A stretch of DNA of 64,000 nucleotides from NCBI RefSeq assembly GCF_000143415.4, contig NW_003314380.1:206924-270923 (forward strand), in the 5' to 3' direction. The first letter of the stretch is position 1, and each line of letters begins with the position of its first letter. The stretch is from Selaginella moellendorffii (lineage: Eukaryota; Plantae; Lycopodiophyta). The notes under the pieces are model-generated. The model ran no database searches. It was given only the letters and a program-made list of their open reading frames with translations, and had not been told where the DNA came from. This document shows, piece by piece, positions 10,625 to 21,576 of this stretch. Both the position numbers and the translations under genes were made by a program.

Positions 10625-12744
10625 CTAGATGTTGACCCCAAACCATTCTCGCACGAATTTCTTGCTCAGTGAAAGCCTCAAATCGGTGATAGCAAACACC
10701 TCTACCGAATTCTCGAGTGGCAATGAGCATTTGATAGTGGCAGACAATCCCTTGGATTTGTCCTCCACAGTAGCCTCGAACTGTGGCCCCTCGAATCCTG
10801 GCTCCACATACTACAAAGCATCACTTTTAGAAAAACACGCAACTTAGAACGAACTTAAGTACCTCCACGGAGGGAACCGAGACCAGCTTGAGGTGTAACG
10901 TCTTGACAATTTGCCAGAAGGCTTCCCTTCTTACGTCCCACGAAGTTATGACCGCCATAGCCGAGTGTTCAAGTGTTCCAGAAAAGGCTTCACTACGCCA
11001 TGGCAAGCTCAGTTTCTTTGGCACTACCTCGAACTGGATACCACTCATATTAGAATCTCAATATCATGAGAAAGAAAAGAGAGAAAGTTCCACTCAACTG
11101 ATGAGATGAGCGGTAGAACGACATTTTCCCGTGCCATCGATTCGCGCTCATCCCACAAAACCTGCGAGCGGGTGATTCGAACGATTTCAGGATCCTCCAG
11201 ACAACACGAGTGCCTTACCCCGTGGAAGTTTCGTGTCCAAATGAGATGATCGAAAGTGTGCAATTGTACGCTGACGTGATAACCTTGCAATCAAAGAATC
11301 AGTCATTTCGCAAAGTTCCCAACGACGTTACCAAAATTGATTGAAGGCTCTGGATTTGGTCGCATTCGCTGGGTTTCAAGCCGGAACTTGAAGAGTTTGA
11401 AAATGACTTGTGCCAAATGTATTCCAACTTTGATAAATAGTACCTGTTAGAACAATCTTAATCATGAATAGAGGGGAACAATCGCTTTACCTCTTCATTT
11501 CCATCGGTATTGTCCTGCTCAAATAATGTTCCCACAGTAAGATTCATTGCACCAGCGACATCTTTAGAAGAAAGCATTGCAAGCCTAAGTGGTGGTGCAG
11601 AATAATCACTTTCCCAAAGCGATGGCTTCTTTGTCATCTATAAAATTAGTGCTGTCAAGGAACAACGAACAGAAGTGCAGCACGGCCAAAGCCACAGTGT
11701 GGATACAATAGCAGCCACTTGACAACATTGAGAAAGCTTGTCACTCGAAACGATAACCTGAGCGTCGTTAGGAGAACCAAAAAAAAAAACAAAAAAAAAA
11801 AAAACAATTTCCAAAGATATGTGCACCTCTAACGAAGCAAGGGAGAAGAGCTTCATCCCACGTTTCAAATATTTGAATGGACAATGAAGGACAGTGGAAG
11901 CTGGGAACAAGACAGCCTGCTTTCCTGGAAACAAGAGCCCAACCGGAGAAAGAAACGATAAGCGGCAAGGCCAAAAAAAAAAAAAGAACAATGAAAGAAA
12001 GGGACTCACTTGTCAATCGAATTCGTTGCCCGTTGTTGATTCGCAAATAAAAAGTGAGCTGAAGTTCTTGCGCTAGCGTTTGGATACTCTTTCCAGGCGT
12101 AAAGTTTAAGACTGTAGACAGCACCAATACGATGAGAAAAGCGAGAACATGACAAATGCATCGTACCGTGCGGGACTTCGTCCAGAGGTTGAAGAAATCC
12201 AGCGTCCAAGGATTGTTTGATAGTCCTCTCAAGTAGCCTCACTCGCTGGAAACAAGCAAAACCATTAGTGAAACCAATCACAAACGCTCAGAACAGCTAA
12301 CTCCTCGAGGAAAATCTCTGATGAAGCTCTCTCGCCAGGTCCCAAATCCAGATGGTGGAAAAGGAGATTGCTGCCGAGAGATGTCGAGTCTATAATCACC
12401 GTGCCACCTTAAATACATACTCCTCCACATCTGATCACCGAAACAAAGTCTAAAGCTAGCCTGGAAAAAAAAAAGAGAAGCTTCTTACCACATCGAGCGA
12501 ACAAGCATCCCTCCAGGCCTTACAAACCAATGCGCAGTTTATGATCTGGAAGATTGAATCGAGCTTTAAGAAACACTTGCAAAGAAGGTCCTGTGGAAGC
12601 TTTGCGATCGATCCGGTTTCTCCCTTCCTGGCAGGCAATCTTTGCCTGAAAATAAGCGAAAATCTTTTAGAAGAACTGCAAAGGAGGAGAAACAACACCG
12701 GGATCTCACCCGCGCGAGCTGATTTCGCGAGCAGAATCTCTCAT
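10625..12744 (-). CDS. F-box protein, C-terminus resembles metazoan FBXO15, multi-exon
   Basis: N-terminal F-box IAKLPQDLLCKCFLKLDSIFQIINCALVCKAW. C-terminal blocks GYHVSVQLH, LPWRSEAFSGTLEHSAMAVITSWDVRREAFW and ITDLRLSLSKKFVREWFG. Confidence 0.7.
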
Positions 12745-13086
12745 GCCACGAAAATCGAATGCCGGCGACCTGGAGGATGATGCGGTCGATGATCTAGCTC
12801 TCAGCGACGATGGCGCGGTCGCGGTCGCGATCGCGGAAGAAGAAGCCCTTGGAGACTGGATGGAATGATCAAATCGATGGATTCACGCAGCAAATCAATG
12901 TGGCCTACCGCTGCCGCCGAGGGAGAGGCCGCCGATCGATCGCGCTGCTCTTGGCGCCTCGACGCCATTCCCTCCCTCCCAGTGGACCTAAAAATTTATA
13001 TACACCATCAACAATGCTTAAGAACTTCCATCTTCTCAAATTTACACTGTACAAGCTAAAGGCAAGAATTTCTTTTCTCCTCTCCT

Positions 13087-13600
13087 TCATTGTATCGCGC
13101 ATTTGCATTCTCTGCCGCGAACACAACCATCGTCCTCTCGATCGCTGCGAGAACCACAAAAATCCATCGTAAGAAACTCTAGTGTCCACGAAGAAAAAAT
13201 CGTCTTTTTTCTACAGTGGCTGGATCTGATGGACGTACCTCTCTTCGTATTCTCTAACCACCGCGATCTCTTCGCTCCATTGGACGTTCTTCTTGTTCTT
13301 GCAGTGTTCTTCCTTGTTCTCGCGCTGTTCTTCCTGTTCTTCATCCATATCGTCTCTTACTTCTACCTTAGCTTCTCCGTTATCCTCCGCGCTACCAGGC
13401 TCTCGATCTTCCTGTTCTTCTCCCAATCCACAGCGCCCCTCGGAAGAATCGCGGCGACTTTCGTGTTCTCCGCCAAGAAGAGGCTCCTGTAGCCCGTGAT
13501 TTTGCTGTGCTTGCTTCATGCAGCTCTTGAGAGGGGGGCTGCAGCCATTGATTAGGATCTTTGGCGAGGCGCAAGGATCCGTCGCCATAGTCTCGGCCAT
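13087..13600 (-). CDS. Small acidic plant protein with KKNVQW...VREYE motif and C-terminal CaaX (CAIQ), two exons
   Basis: Exon 1 contains LKSCMK and KKNVQWSEEIAVVREYEE. After an AG|gtacgt...cgcag intron, exon 2 reads SDREDDGCVRGRECKCAIQ*. Confidence 0.75.
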
Positions 13601-14243
13601 GAGCTCGTCCTCCTCTTCGTCCTCACTAATCGCCCAGCACTTGCAGAGCAGCCAAGAGCACCCATTAGCACTGGAAGCCAGGCCTCCAGAAACCCACACT
13701 TCCCCTTCTCTCGAAGATCCCCTGGCAAGAATCAAACCTCTAATCGCCCCTGCATTTGCGACCGCGATCACCCGATTCGCTCGAATCCCGGGCCGCGGTG
13801 TTGGAATCACGCCGCGGCGCCACGATCCACGACCCAATTCTCGAGCCCATGGAGTGATTCTCCCGGCCGATCAAACACCCAAACCTGTGGACGGATGAAT
13901 TCTTTTGGCTGCTGGGGGAGTCCAGGAATCCTTTGGATCGATCGATGTGATTCAGCGAGTTTCTCCCCAGCCAGCGATCGAGCCACGCCCCAAATTCGTT
14001 CCTTGAAAAGTAGTGTTCTATCTTCCTGTGGGCCACCAAAGGCACGCACTGACCGCTTCCTTTGCGCCCTCGATTTTGCCTTAGTGGTTTTTCGTGGTCA
14101 ACTAAATCCAAGTGCTTGCATGAGTGACAAGTATCTAGGCCTAATAAAATACACTAGAAATTTAATTCCAAGATTCGATAGCTTCCAGCAAATCTCTAGC
14201 AGCAAGACATGATAAAAAGGATGGTTTCTTCTTTTCTTCATTT

Positions 14244-15797
14244 TTACTTTTCGAGCTTGAAATCCATGTCTACGTACAAACCATCTTCGCTGCGCGAAAA
14301 TCTCGTCGTGCGCTGGAAGAAATCCAAGTCTAGCTTCATCACTGTTTCTTCGTCGTCTTCCTCTTCGTCACCACCGAGCGATCTCGTCAGTAGCGCTCGC
14401 AGCTCCTCGATCTTCGAATCGCCCTTGGCGGCCCTCCGGCACTCGAGAGCCAGGACCGCGATCTCTTTGGCGGTTTTGAGCGGCCAGCCGGCGGCCGGAT
14501 CGAGCAAAGCTTCCAGCTTGTCCTGCCGCAGCGCGTCCTGGAACCTCTCGGCCAAGCTGCTCGGCGATGGCCGCCTCGCCAGCAGCTGGAGGAGGAGCAA
14601 TTCAAACGAGGATATGTTCCTCGATGTCTTCTCCAGGGGCTGGACTATCTCGTGTCCCTCGTAAGCTAGAACCTTGTGGAGATGTTTACCTCGGAGAAGA
14701 ATGCTACTCGCTGTCACCTCGTCGTGCTCTAACGCGCTTGATGCCACGGCACTGGAGATCTCCAGGGCGATTTGTGTGATGTCTCGCCAGCGTAGAATGT
14801 TTGCACTCTTGCCGTCTAGCCAGTCCTCCAGACCGACAATTGTGTCGTCTTCTTGAGGTTCGTCATCCTGGGCCAGAGGTAGAACAATATATTAGTATAT
14901 GGTGAAAATAGTTATAGAACAAACCAGAGGCTTGGAATGGTTAATCGAAAACAAGCTGCTTTGTGAGGATGATTTGCTAAGGCGAGGACTGCAGCTGCTA
15001 CTGTCGTCAGTATCGCCTGAAACTCCTCACAATTTTTAAAGAATTCAACACGAAAATAACCAAGAACTTACCGAAGTGTGAAACAATGTGCACTGCGCAC
15101 CAGCGAGGTACGTTCTTTTTAACGTAACCTGAAGTACTAAAATGCCGGGAAAACTTCCTACAAACAAAACAATAAGAGAAACCATTACGAAAACTACATC
15201 GCGTACCATTTCAATCCCTTCTGTGAGGGTCCGATCATAAACAATGCTCGGGCCTGAAGCTGGACAGCATGCTGGACGATAACCTTGCCTAAAGAGCCCT
15301 CAGAGCTCACAATGGATACGATTTTTACTCGAACCTGGAAATCAAAAAATAAAAAGTAGAAAATCAGCTAAATTAAGCATTCGCCAGCATTTCTCACCTT
15401 ATTCTCGAGGCAAATATGCTCAAGCTTTTTCACAGTTTCTTGAAGCCGCCGGCGCTCTTCCTCACGAGCCGACTTCACCAATTCTTGGTTGGCCATTGCA
15501 AGCGGGACTTCTCCAACTGGAAAAACATTGCGATTAAGTAGCTGGAATAAGATTTCTTACTGCCGCTTTTGATGGAGCGAATTGGTGGTCGAATGTAAAG
15601 GATAACAATTCCAAATTGATGGAGCCATAGCTGATAGTTTCGTAACACCCATTGCAGCAAGCCCGGTCCCTGTTCCTTCCTTTTCTCTGTCAATATTACC
15701 AGTGCCCCCACGCTGTCAGCCATAACCTACACCATTTATAATTAGCAAAGATGGAAAACCATTAAAGAAGTGAGGGCGTTATCCATACCTCTGGCAT
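14244..15797 (-). CDS. USP-like domain plus degenerate kinase C-lobe (pseudokinase), related to USP/U-box receptor-like cytoplasmic kinases, multi-exon
   Basis: N-terminal USP-like LLQWVLRNY...IVILYIRPPIRSI. C-terminal LRWRDITQIALEI...LLLQLLARR...LLDPAAGWPLKTAKEIAVLALEC matches an RLCK-IX C-lobe, but HRD and DFG are absent. Start is 15797 or 15723. Confidence 0.7.
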
Positions 15798-15840
15798 TTC
15801 CTGAGAGAGATAGCGAAATCCCCAGAGAGCTGCTTGGCTG

Positions 15841-16974
15841 ATGGCGCTCGTTCATCTCTTCCTGCTTCTCTCGTTGATCTCGGTAAGCTCAGGAGCCACC
15901 ATCGTAGCACGACTCAATCCCGGTGGAACTCGACTCTCATTGAGCGTTGGCACCCCTCCGCAAAAGCAGCTGCTAGCAGTCGATCTAAATGCCGAAACAT
16001 CCTGGCTCCCTTGCGGCAAGAACTCTTCCTTCGAACCAGGCAAGTCATCTACATTCTCCCCGCTTCCCTGTTCTTCGAATGCATGCTCCGGCCACTGCTC
16101 CAAAAACAAGTGCTTGCTGCCGATATCGCCGAAAACATCCGTTCCTGCGTTCCAAGAGACGCTGACTGGCTTCACGGCTCCTGGCGGTGCCAAAGGTACC
16201 GCCATCTTCGGCTGCGCCGCCGGAAAATCTGTGGGCGTCGCAGCTTTGAGCAAGAACAGCTTTGCTCTTCCGCTCCAGATCGCCTCCTCCTTCTCAGTCC
16301 CTCGAAAATTCGCCCTGTGCCTTTCTCCCGACTCGCCATCTTCGCTGTTCGTCGGAGATGACTCCAGTATCATCATCGGCGGGATCAACATCTCGAGCTT
16401 AGTCTCGTTCGTCCCATTCGTCAGCAATCCCGTGTTTCCATCACGCTACTACCTCGATCTCCGGACGATCCAGACCGACTTCTCGGATCTCAAGCTAGAC
16501 CCATCCCTGTTCTCCATAAACCCAAAGACCGGCATTGGAGGCCTCACCCTGAGCTCCACGAACAGGTACACGAAATTCCCGACCCCGGTCTATGCCGCCA
16601 TCGCGCAATCCTTCAAGAAATACGCCACGGCGTTCAACATTTCGATCGTCCCTGCCCGAAATCTTCCCTTCGATCTTTGCTTCAACGCGAGCGGCATGAA
16701 TTTCAACCGGCTCGGCCCTGTTTTCCCTGCGATCCAGCTCATCTTCCGGAACAACATACCCTGGAACCTGGTGGGTAGCAGGGTCATCGAATTCTTCCGC
16801 GGCAACGCAATCGGCTGCCTCGCAATCCAAAGCGCCGGCGATCCACCCGCCACATCCTCCATCGGCCTGTTCCACCAGTTCGACAATCTCCTCTACTTCG
16901 ACCTCGCGCAAACGCGCTTCGGATTCGTGGATCGATCGCTACACATCCTCCGCCAGAGCTGCAAATTCTCCTAG
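15841..16974 (+). CDS. Xylanase/xyloglucanase inhibitor-like (TAXI/XEGIP/basic 7S globulin) pepsin-fold protein, intronless
   Basis: Signal peptide and motifs VGTPPQ, LPLQIASSFSVPRKFALCLS, GGLTLSST.RYT, PFDLCFN and IGLFHQFDNLLYFDLAQTRFGF. Catalytic DTG is replaced by DLN. Confidence 0.92.
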   Translation: MALVHLFLLLSLISVSSGATIVARLNPGGTRLSLSVGTPPQKQLLAVDLNAETSWLPCGKNSSFEPGKSSTFSPLPCSSNACSGHCSKNKCLLPISPKTSVPAFQETLTGFTAPGGAKGTAIFGCAAGKSVGVAALSKNSFALPLQIASSFSVPRKFALCLSPDSPSSLFVGDDSSIIIGGINISSLVSFVPFVSNPVFPSRYYLDLRTIQTDFSDLKLDPSLFSINPKTGIGGLTLSSTNRYTKFPTPVYAAIAQSFKKYATAFNISIVPARNLPFDLCFNASGMNFNRLGPVFPAIQLIFRNNIPWNLVGSRVIEFFRGNAIGCLAIQSAGDPPATSSIGLFHQFDNLLYFDLAQTRFGFVDRSLHILRQSCKFS

Positions 16975-16997
16975 CCCTAACAAAGCTTTGCTCTGTT

Positions 16998-17072
16998 TTA
17001 AGGGTTTATGGCTAGGTTTGCTAATAAAGTGTAGTAAGTTTAGGGTTCTAGCGAGCCGCGTTCTAGGGTTTC
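16998..17072 (+). promoter_or_regulatory. Telo-box-like (TAGGGTT) motifs upstream of eIF3i
   Basis: TAGGGTT occurs three times within about 90 bp upstream of the ATG. Telo-boxes are typical of plant translation-machinery promoters. Confidence 0.5.
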
Positions 17073-17087
17073 TGCGCGCTCGCTAAG

Positions 17088-18431
17088 ATGAGGCCGATTC
17101 TCATGAAGGGCCACGAGCGCCCGCTCACGTTCCTCAAGTATAACAGGGACGGGGATCTGCTCTTCTCGTGCGCCAAGGATCACAATCCCACTGTGTGGTA
17201 CGGCCACAATGGTGAGCGGCTTGGGACTTACAGAGGCCACAATGGAGCTGTGTGGTGTTGCGATGTCTCAAGTAAGTGATCCAGAATTTGGAGGGATAAA
17301 ATCGTAATTTTGGGAACAGGGCATTCGACTCGGTTGATCACTGGCTCCGCCGACCAGAGTGTCAAGCTCTGGGACGTGGAAACTGGGACTCAGCTTCACA
17401 CCTTTAATTTCGTATCACCTGCCAGGGCTGTGGATTTTGCCGAGGGAGACAAGCTCGCGGTGATCAGCACGGATCCCTTCATGGAGTCTGTGTCGGCCAT
17501 TCACATCAAGAGCGTAGAGTCGAGTGGCTTGCAGCGTAAGTGTTTTCCTTTCGTTTTCTCCGTCGTTCTTTGTTTTGCTTCCATAACTTATAGCTCTTCT
17601 CAGAGGGATCCATAAAAACTTTCACGGGGCCAACCGGGCGAATCAACAGAGTCGTGTGGGGGCCTTTGAACAAGACGATCATCAGCGCTGGAGAGGACAC
17701 AGTGATACGTATCTGGGATGTGGAGGTATGGAAGCTCTGTAACTCAAGCACCTTTGTTCCTCTTCGTTTTCCTTTCTAGACTGGCGAGGTGATCAAGAAA
17801 ACCGACAAGGAGAATGGACATTCTCGTGCCATCACTTCACTCTCGCTCTCTGCGGATGGCTCCCATTTCATAACTGGCTCTCAAGACAAAACCGCGAAGG
17901 TAGTCACCCAGTGCTCTCCTCAAAGAGCTCACTTTGTTTTGTGCAGCTATGGGATACCAGGACTCTCACTTTGCTCAAGACTTATTCCACTGAGAGGCCA
18001 GTGAACGCTGTCGCCATTTCTCCGCTCATGAACCATGTAAGTGCGAGCAGAGCTTCTACTTTTCCATGACCGCTGATAAATTTACGAAAGGTTGTCGTTG
18101 GAGGTGGACAAGAAGCATCCCAAGTGACAACCAGTGACCGACGAGCCGGAAAATTCGAGGCCAAGTTCTTCCACAAGGTAAACACTCCCAAGTGGTTTTC
18201 TAAAGTTTAGTTCTCTTCTCTTCGTAGATCTTTTGCGACGAGATCGGTGGTGTGAGAGGGCATTTCGGTCCCATCAACGCGCTCGCATTTAACCCGGATG
18301 GAAGAAGGTAATCTCCTTTTTCACCTTGTTTTGCTTGATTTTACTCTTTATTTTGCAGTTTTTCTAGCGGTGGTGAAGATGGTTACGTTCGATTGCACCA
18401 TTTTGACCCGGATTACTACAAGTTACAGTGA
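17088..18431 (+). CDS. TIF3I1: Eukaryotic translation initiation factor 3 subunit I (WD40), multi-exon
   Basis: [31 protein letters not shown]...[15 protein letters not shown]...[17 protein letters not shown], the diagnostic eIF3i sequence. Confidence 0.97.
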
Positions 18432-18478
18432 GATGGAAGTTTTGAGCCAGAAATGGTAATGCGTTTTCTTCTTTTTTT

Positions 18479-18572
18479 TGCTTAATTTTACTCTTTATTT
18501 CGCAGTTTTTCTAGCGATGGTAAAGATGGTTACGTTCGATTGCACCATTTTGACCCAGCTACAGTGAGCTGA
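18479..18572 (+). repeat. Tandem duplicate of the eIF3i last intron 3' end plus last exon
   Basis: Near-identical copy of 18333-18431 with an intact gcag acceptor. It encodes [21 protein letters not shown]. Confidence 0.9.
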
Positions 18573-18715
18573 AACCTGTTGTTTTTCTTTTTCTCTTTAT
18601 CCTTGTTTCTTATCATATGATCATCGATCGAAGTAGCAAATGTGTAAGGGACCTTTCTTTCTTCCTATGGCGCTGATGCGCTCAAATCCAAATATGAAGG
18701 CTGACCTTTCTAGTC

Positions 18716-21052
18716 TTACGAAGAAGATTCCTGTAACTTTGGGCTTCCAGGTTCCGAGATTTGAGGAAGCGCCGTGGCTTTGCAGATTGGACACGAGTTC
18801 TTCCGAACTAGCCACTGGCGGATGCAGTCCATATGATAGTTGTGCCCGCAATTGATAGTCCCCAATTCGACTCCTTCCTCGAATTCTTCCTGGTAGATCA
18901 AGCGAGGCAAGATCAAAAATCGCAAAAACAAAAAGGGAAAGTACCTGACAAACACAGCACTTAACATCACTGTCCTCCGAGCTCCGAGCTAAAGCAGCCG
19001 CATACTTCGTTCTCTTCAGCTGCTGGACTATCGTGTCCTCGGATAAACCAGTCGAGACGGTTCCAATTCGATCGCCCAGAGCGAGTAGTTCCTGTAACAG
19101 CACAATGCTAAATGCCTCCATGTTTAAAACAGTTACCTCATATGACATGTTGTCAATATCCAGCCTCCAGTCACTGTGGTCGTCGTGGAGGCCAATGCCC
19201 CCAAACAGGAAAGTCGTAGCTTCCAGCATTATCAATTGCTGCACAATATAATCTCGTTAGCTAAACAAAAAATGCTCCAAAACTTGTAAGCACGGACCTC
19301 GCGTGTAAGATCTTCGTCCCTTTCTACGCGCTCCAACGCTTGCAATATCTGGAAAAGAAAAAAAGAGAGAAGGAATCATCAAAAGTAAGGAAGTCGCGAA
19401 CGAACCTCAGCTAATCCCCCGGCCATTAGGCGGGGACGATGGTGATCCCACTCGAGCTCCTGTGACGGTATAGCCATGAAGCCTTCACTGAGAGCCGAAA
19501 GTTCCCTTCTTCCCACGGCTAACGCTGGGTGTCTAAATGTCTGTGAGCCTTCAAACGGAGGTGGCGGTCTCATTTCTGGTGCTTCCATGAGCGAACTCGG
19601 AACCTGTGGTGGAGACATGGTTCGTCCGTGAGTGAAAAACGTCGCACGCCCATTGTAACCGTGCAACTGCCTTGCATCACTTATAGGAGGGTGCCGTGCG
19701 CCCAGTGTAGGCAGATAGTTTGCAACTCCACGTCGAATGGCAGGACCACGGTTGCTCCCAGTTGTGAACGTACCATTCTCTAAGCATGCCATGCTGACAC
19801 TTCTGATCCTGCTCTCCGTCTGTTCCCTTGGAGAAGCACTGGCAGTCATGCTTCTGCCGGAGCTCACTCTGGCAATCCTTCTCGACAGACCCTGTCCACC
19901 AATGCTAGAACTTCCACCGTGAAGCCTTGCTGCTCTGCTACCTCCCGAGAAAGCCATCGCGGCACCGGGATCCCGTGGGTTAGATCCACCCGAAAATGTC
20001 AGATGACCGTGACTTGGAGCTCCATCTGGACCCGGCGAGTAGTCGAGCAGCGCATTCCTCCTGATACGAAACGAGTCAGGGCCAGGAGGAAAAGTCCTCC
20101 GAACAGCTCTTGGATACACTTGTGAGGGGTGCATGCTGATGCTGCCAGCGTTGCCACTCGTGCCACTGAGCCCCGCAAAATCTGGCATCCTGGAACTCGT
20201 GAACAGCGAGGCCCCCAGAGTCGAGTCCAGAGCATCGGATGAGAGCCTTGTTTTCTGAGGCCGGGGGCCTTCCATGAGTGCTGCAGACCTCGACGAAGAT
20301 GCACCACCTGATGGAGGAGGTAGCATAAACGCTGGCCTCTGCGAGAGATCCACACCCTGGTGACCAGCCCCAACACCATCCTGGATGTGCCTCATGCTCA
20401 AGCCGTCCTGGAAGCCAGAAGCCGACGGGATGTTGCAACTCTTTCGTTTGCACGAGGAACCTCTAGAAGAACTATTACCTGTTACGGTGGCCGGATTGTA
20501 ACTTGGAGCTCCCATCTGCATGGTAGCGGTGACCGCATCCGGCTGAGCAAATGCCCCCGACGATGCTGCCTCATCCCTGCCCGGACCAACCTCCGATCCC
20601 TCCAAGTCGAGATCGTCAAACATGTTGGAGAAGGTGACGTTCTCTTCCAAGTTCATACAGTCGTGGAAGATGTCGATATCTCCATCCGTAACACCACAGG
20701 GTCCCGATGCCGACATCTCCAAATTCCCACTACTCCGGTGGATTACTTGGCTCGCCCCTCGAGGACCACCCCGGCTATGGCTGACGCATCCCCCTCCTAT
20801 CCGTGTGCCAGTGGCGAAGGATGATCTTCCCGACCCACTATTAAATGGTAGATGATCCATGCTTGGAGGGGCCGGGAGTAACGACAGACCCGGTATGTCC
20901 GTGTCGAAAGCACCGTCTGGATTGGAGCGCGAGCCTGCCAAGGACGAGAATTCTGAAAGCCCCAACCTGGTAGCTAAGGCTCTCCGGTCCGCCTGAGCTT
21001 CCTCGGCGCTCCTCCATCGCCCCGACATGGAATTTTGCCGCATCCTTTGCAT
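18716..21052 (-). CDS. RING-H2 E3 ubiquitin ligase (MBR/RHG1A-like), multi-exon
   Basis: HDDHSDWRLDIDNMSYE-ELLALGDRIGTVSTGLSE and CCVCQ-EEF...CGHNYHMDCIRQWL...CPICK, preceded by a long low-complexity N-terminal exon. Confidence 0.92.
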
Positions 21053-21576
21053 CACCGTCGCTCGCTCGCTCGCTCGCCGCGAATCAAGACCTGGAAGTGG
21101 CAAATCCAACGAAAATATAACTGACAAATACCAGAGAGGGGAGGATTTCTCTCACCGATGGACGTGCATTGGAAGAATGCGGTGCCCGGCGCCGGAGATT
21201 TCACGCTGGATCCATGGAAATAGCGCCCGTGACAGACGCGAGAGCCGAAATTCCCAAACCCCAATCCCGGCTGTGAGAGCGTGGCGCGCGATCTCTAGCA
21301 CCCGGCCAGAGCCGATTCACTCGCAAGCGCTGGGGGAGCGCATCGATCCCGCCGCTCCGGGCGTCCCAGGCACCAGTGGAAACCCTACAAGGGCCACGAA
21401 CAACAAATGAAGAAACGAAGGTGACCAATGCAAGCCAGATGTTTCTAGCGGGCCTATGACATGCTGTCAGGGGAAGTCGCGTGGAGGCCACCTGGGCGCC
21501 ATGTCAGCTCATTATTCGCTGAGGTGGAATAATAATAATACAAATACTTTTATACTCTTTTTTGTAACGCCGACAT

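Noticed and set aside
11779-11995. Poly-A tracts inside the F-box gene as a retro-insertion signature
   Set aside because: On the coding strand they are T-rich intron sequence, and no target-site duplication or element body is evident.
12810-13172. Arg-rich ORF MARSRSRSRKKK (protamine-like start)
   Set aside because: It lies in a GC-rich spacer antisense to neighbouring UTRs, and the rest of the ORF has no recognisable features. There is no support.
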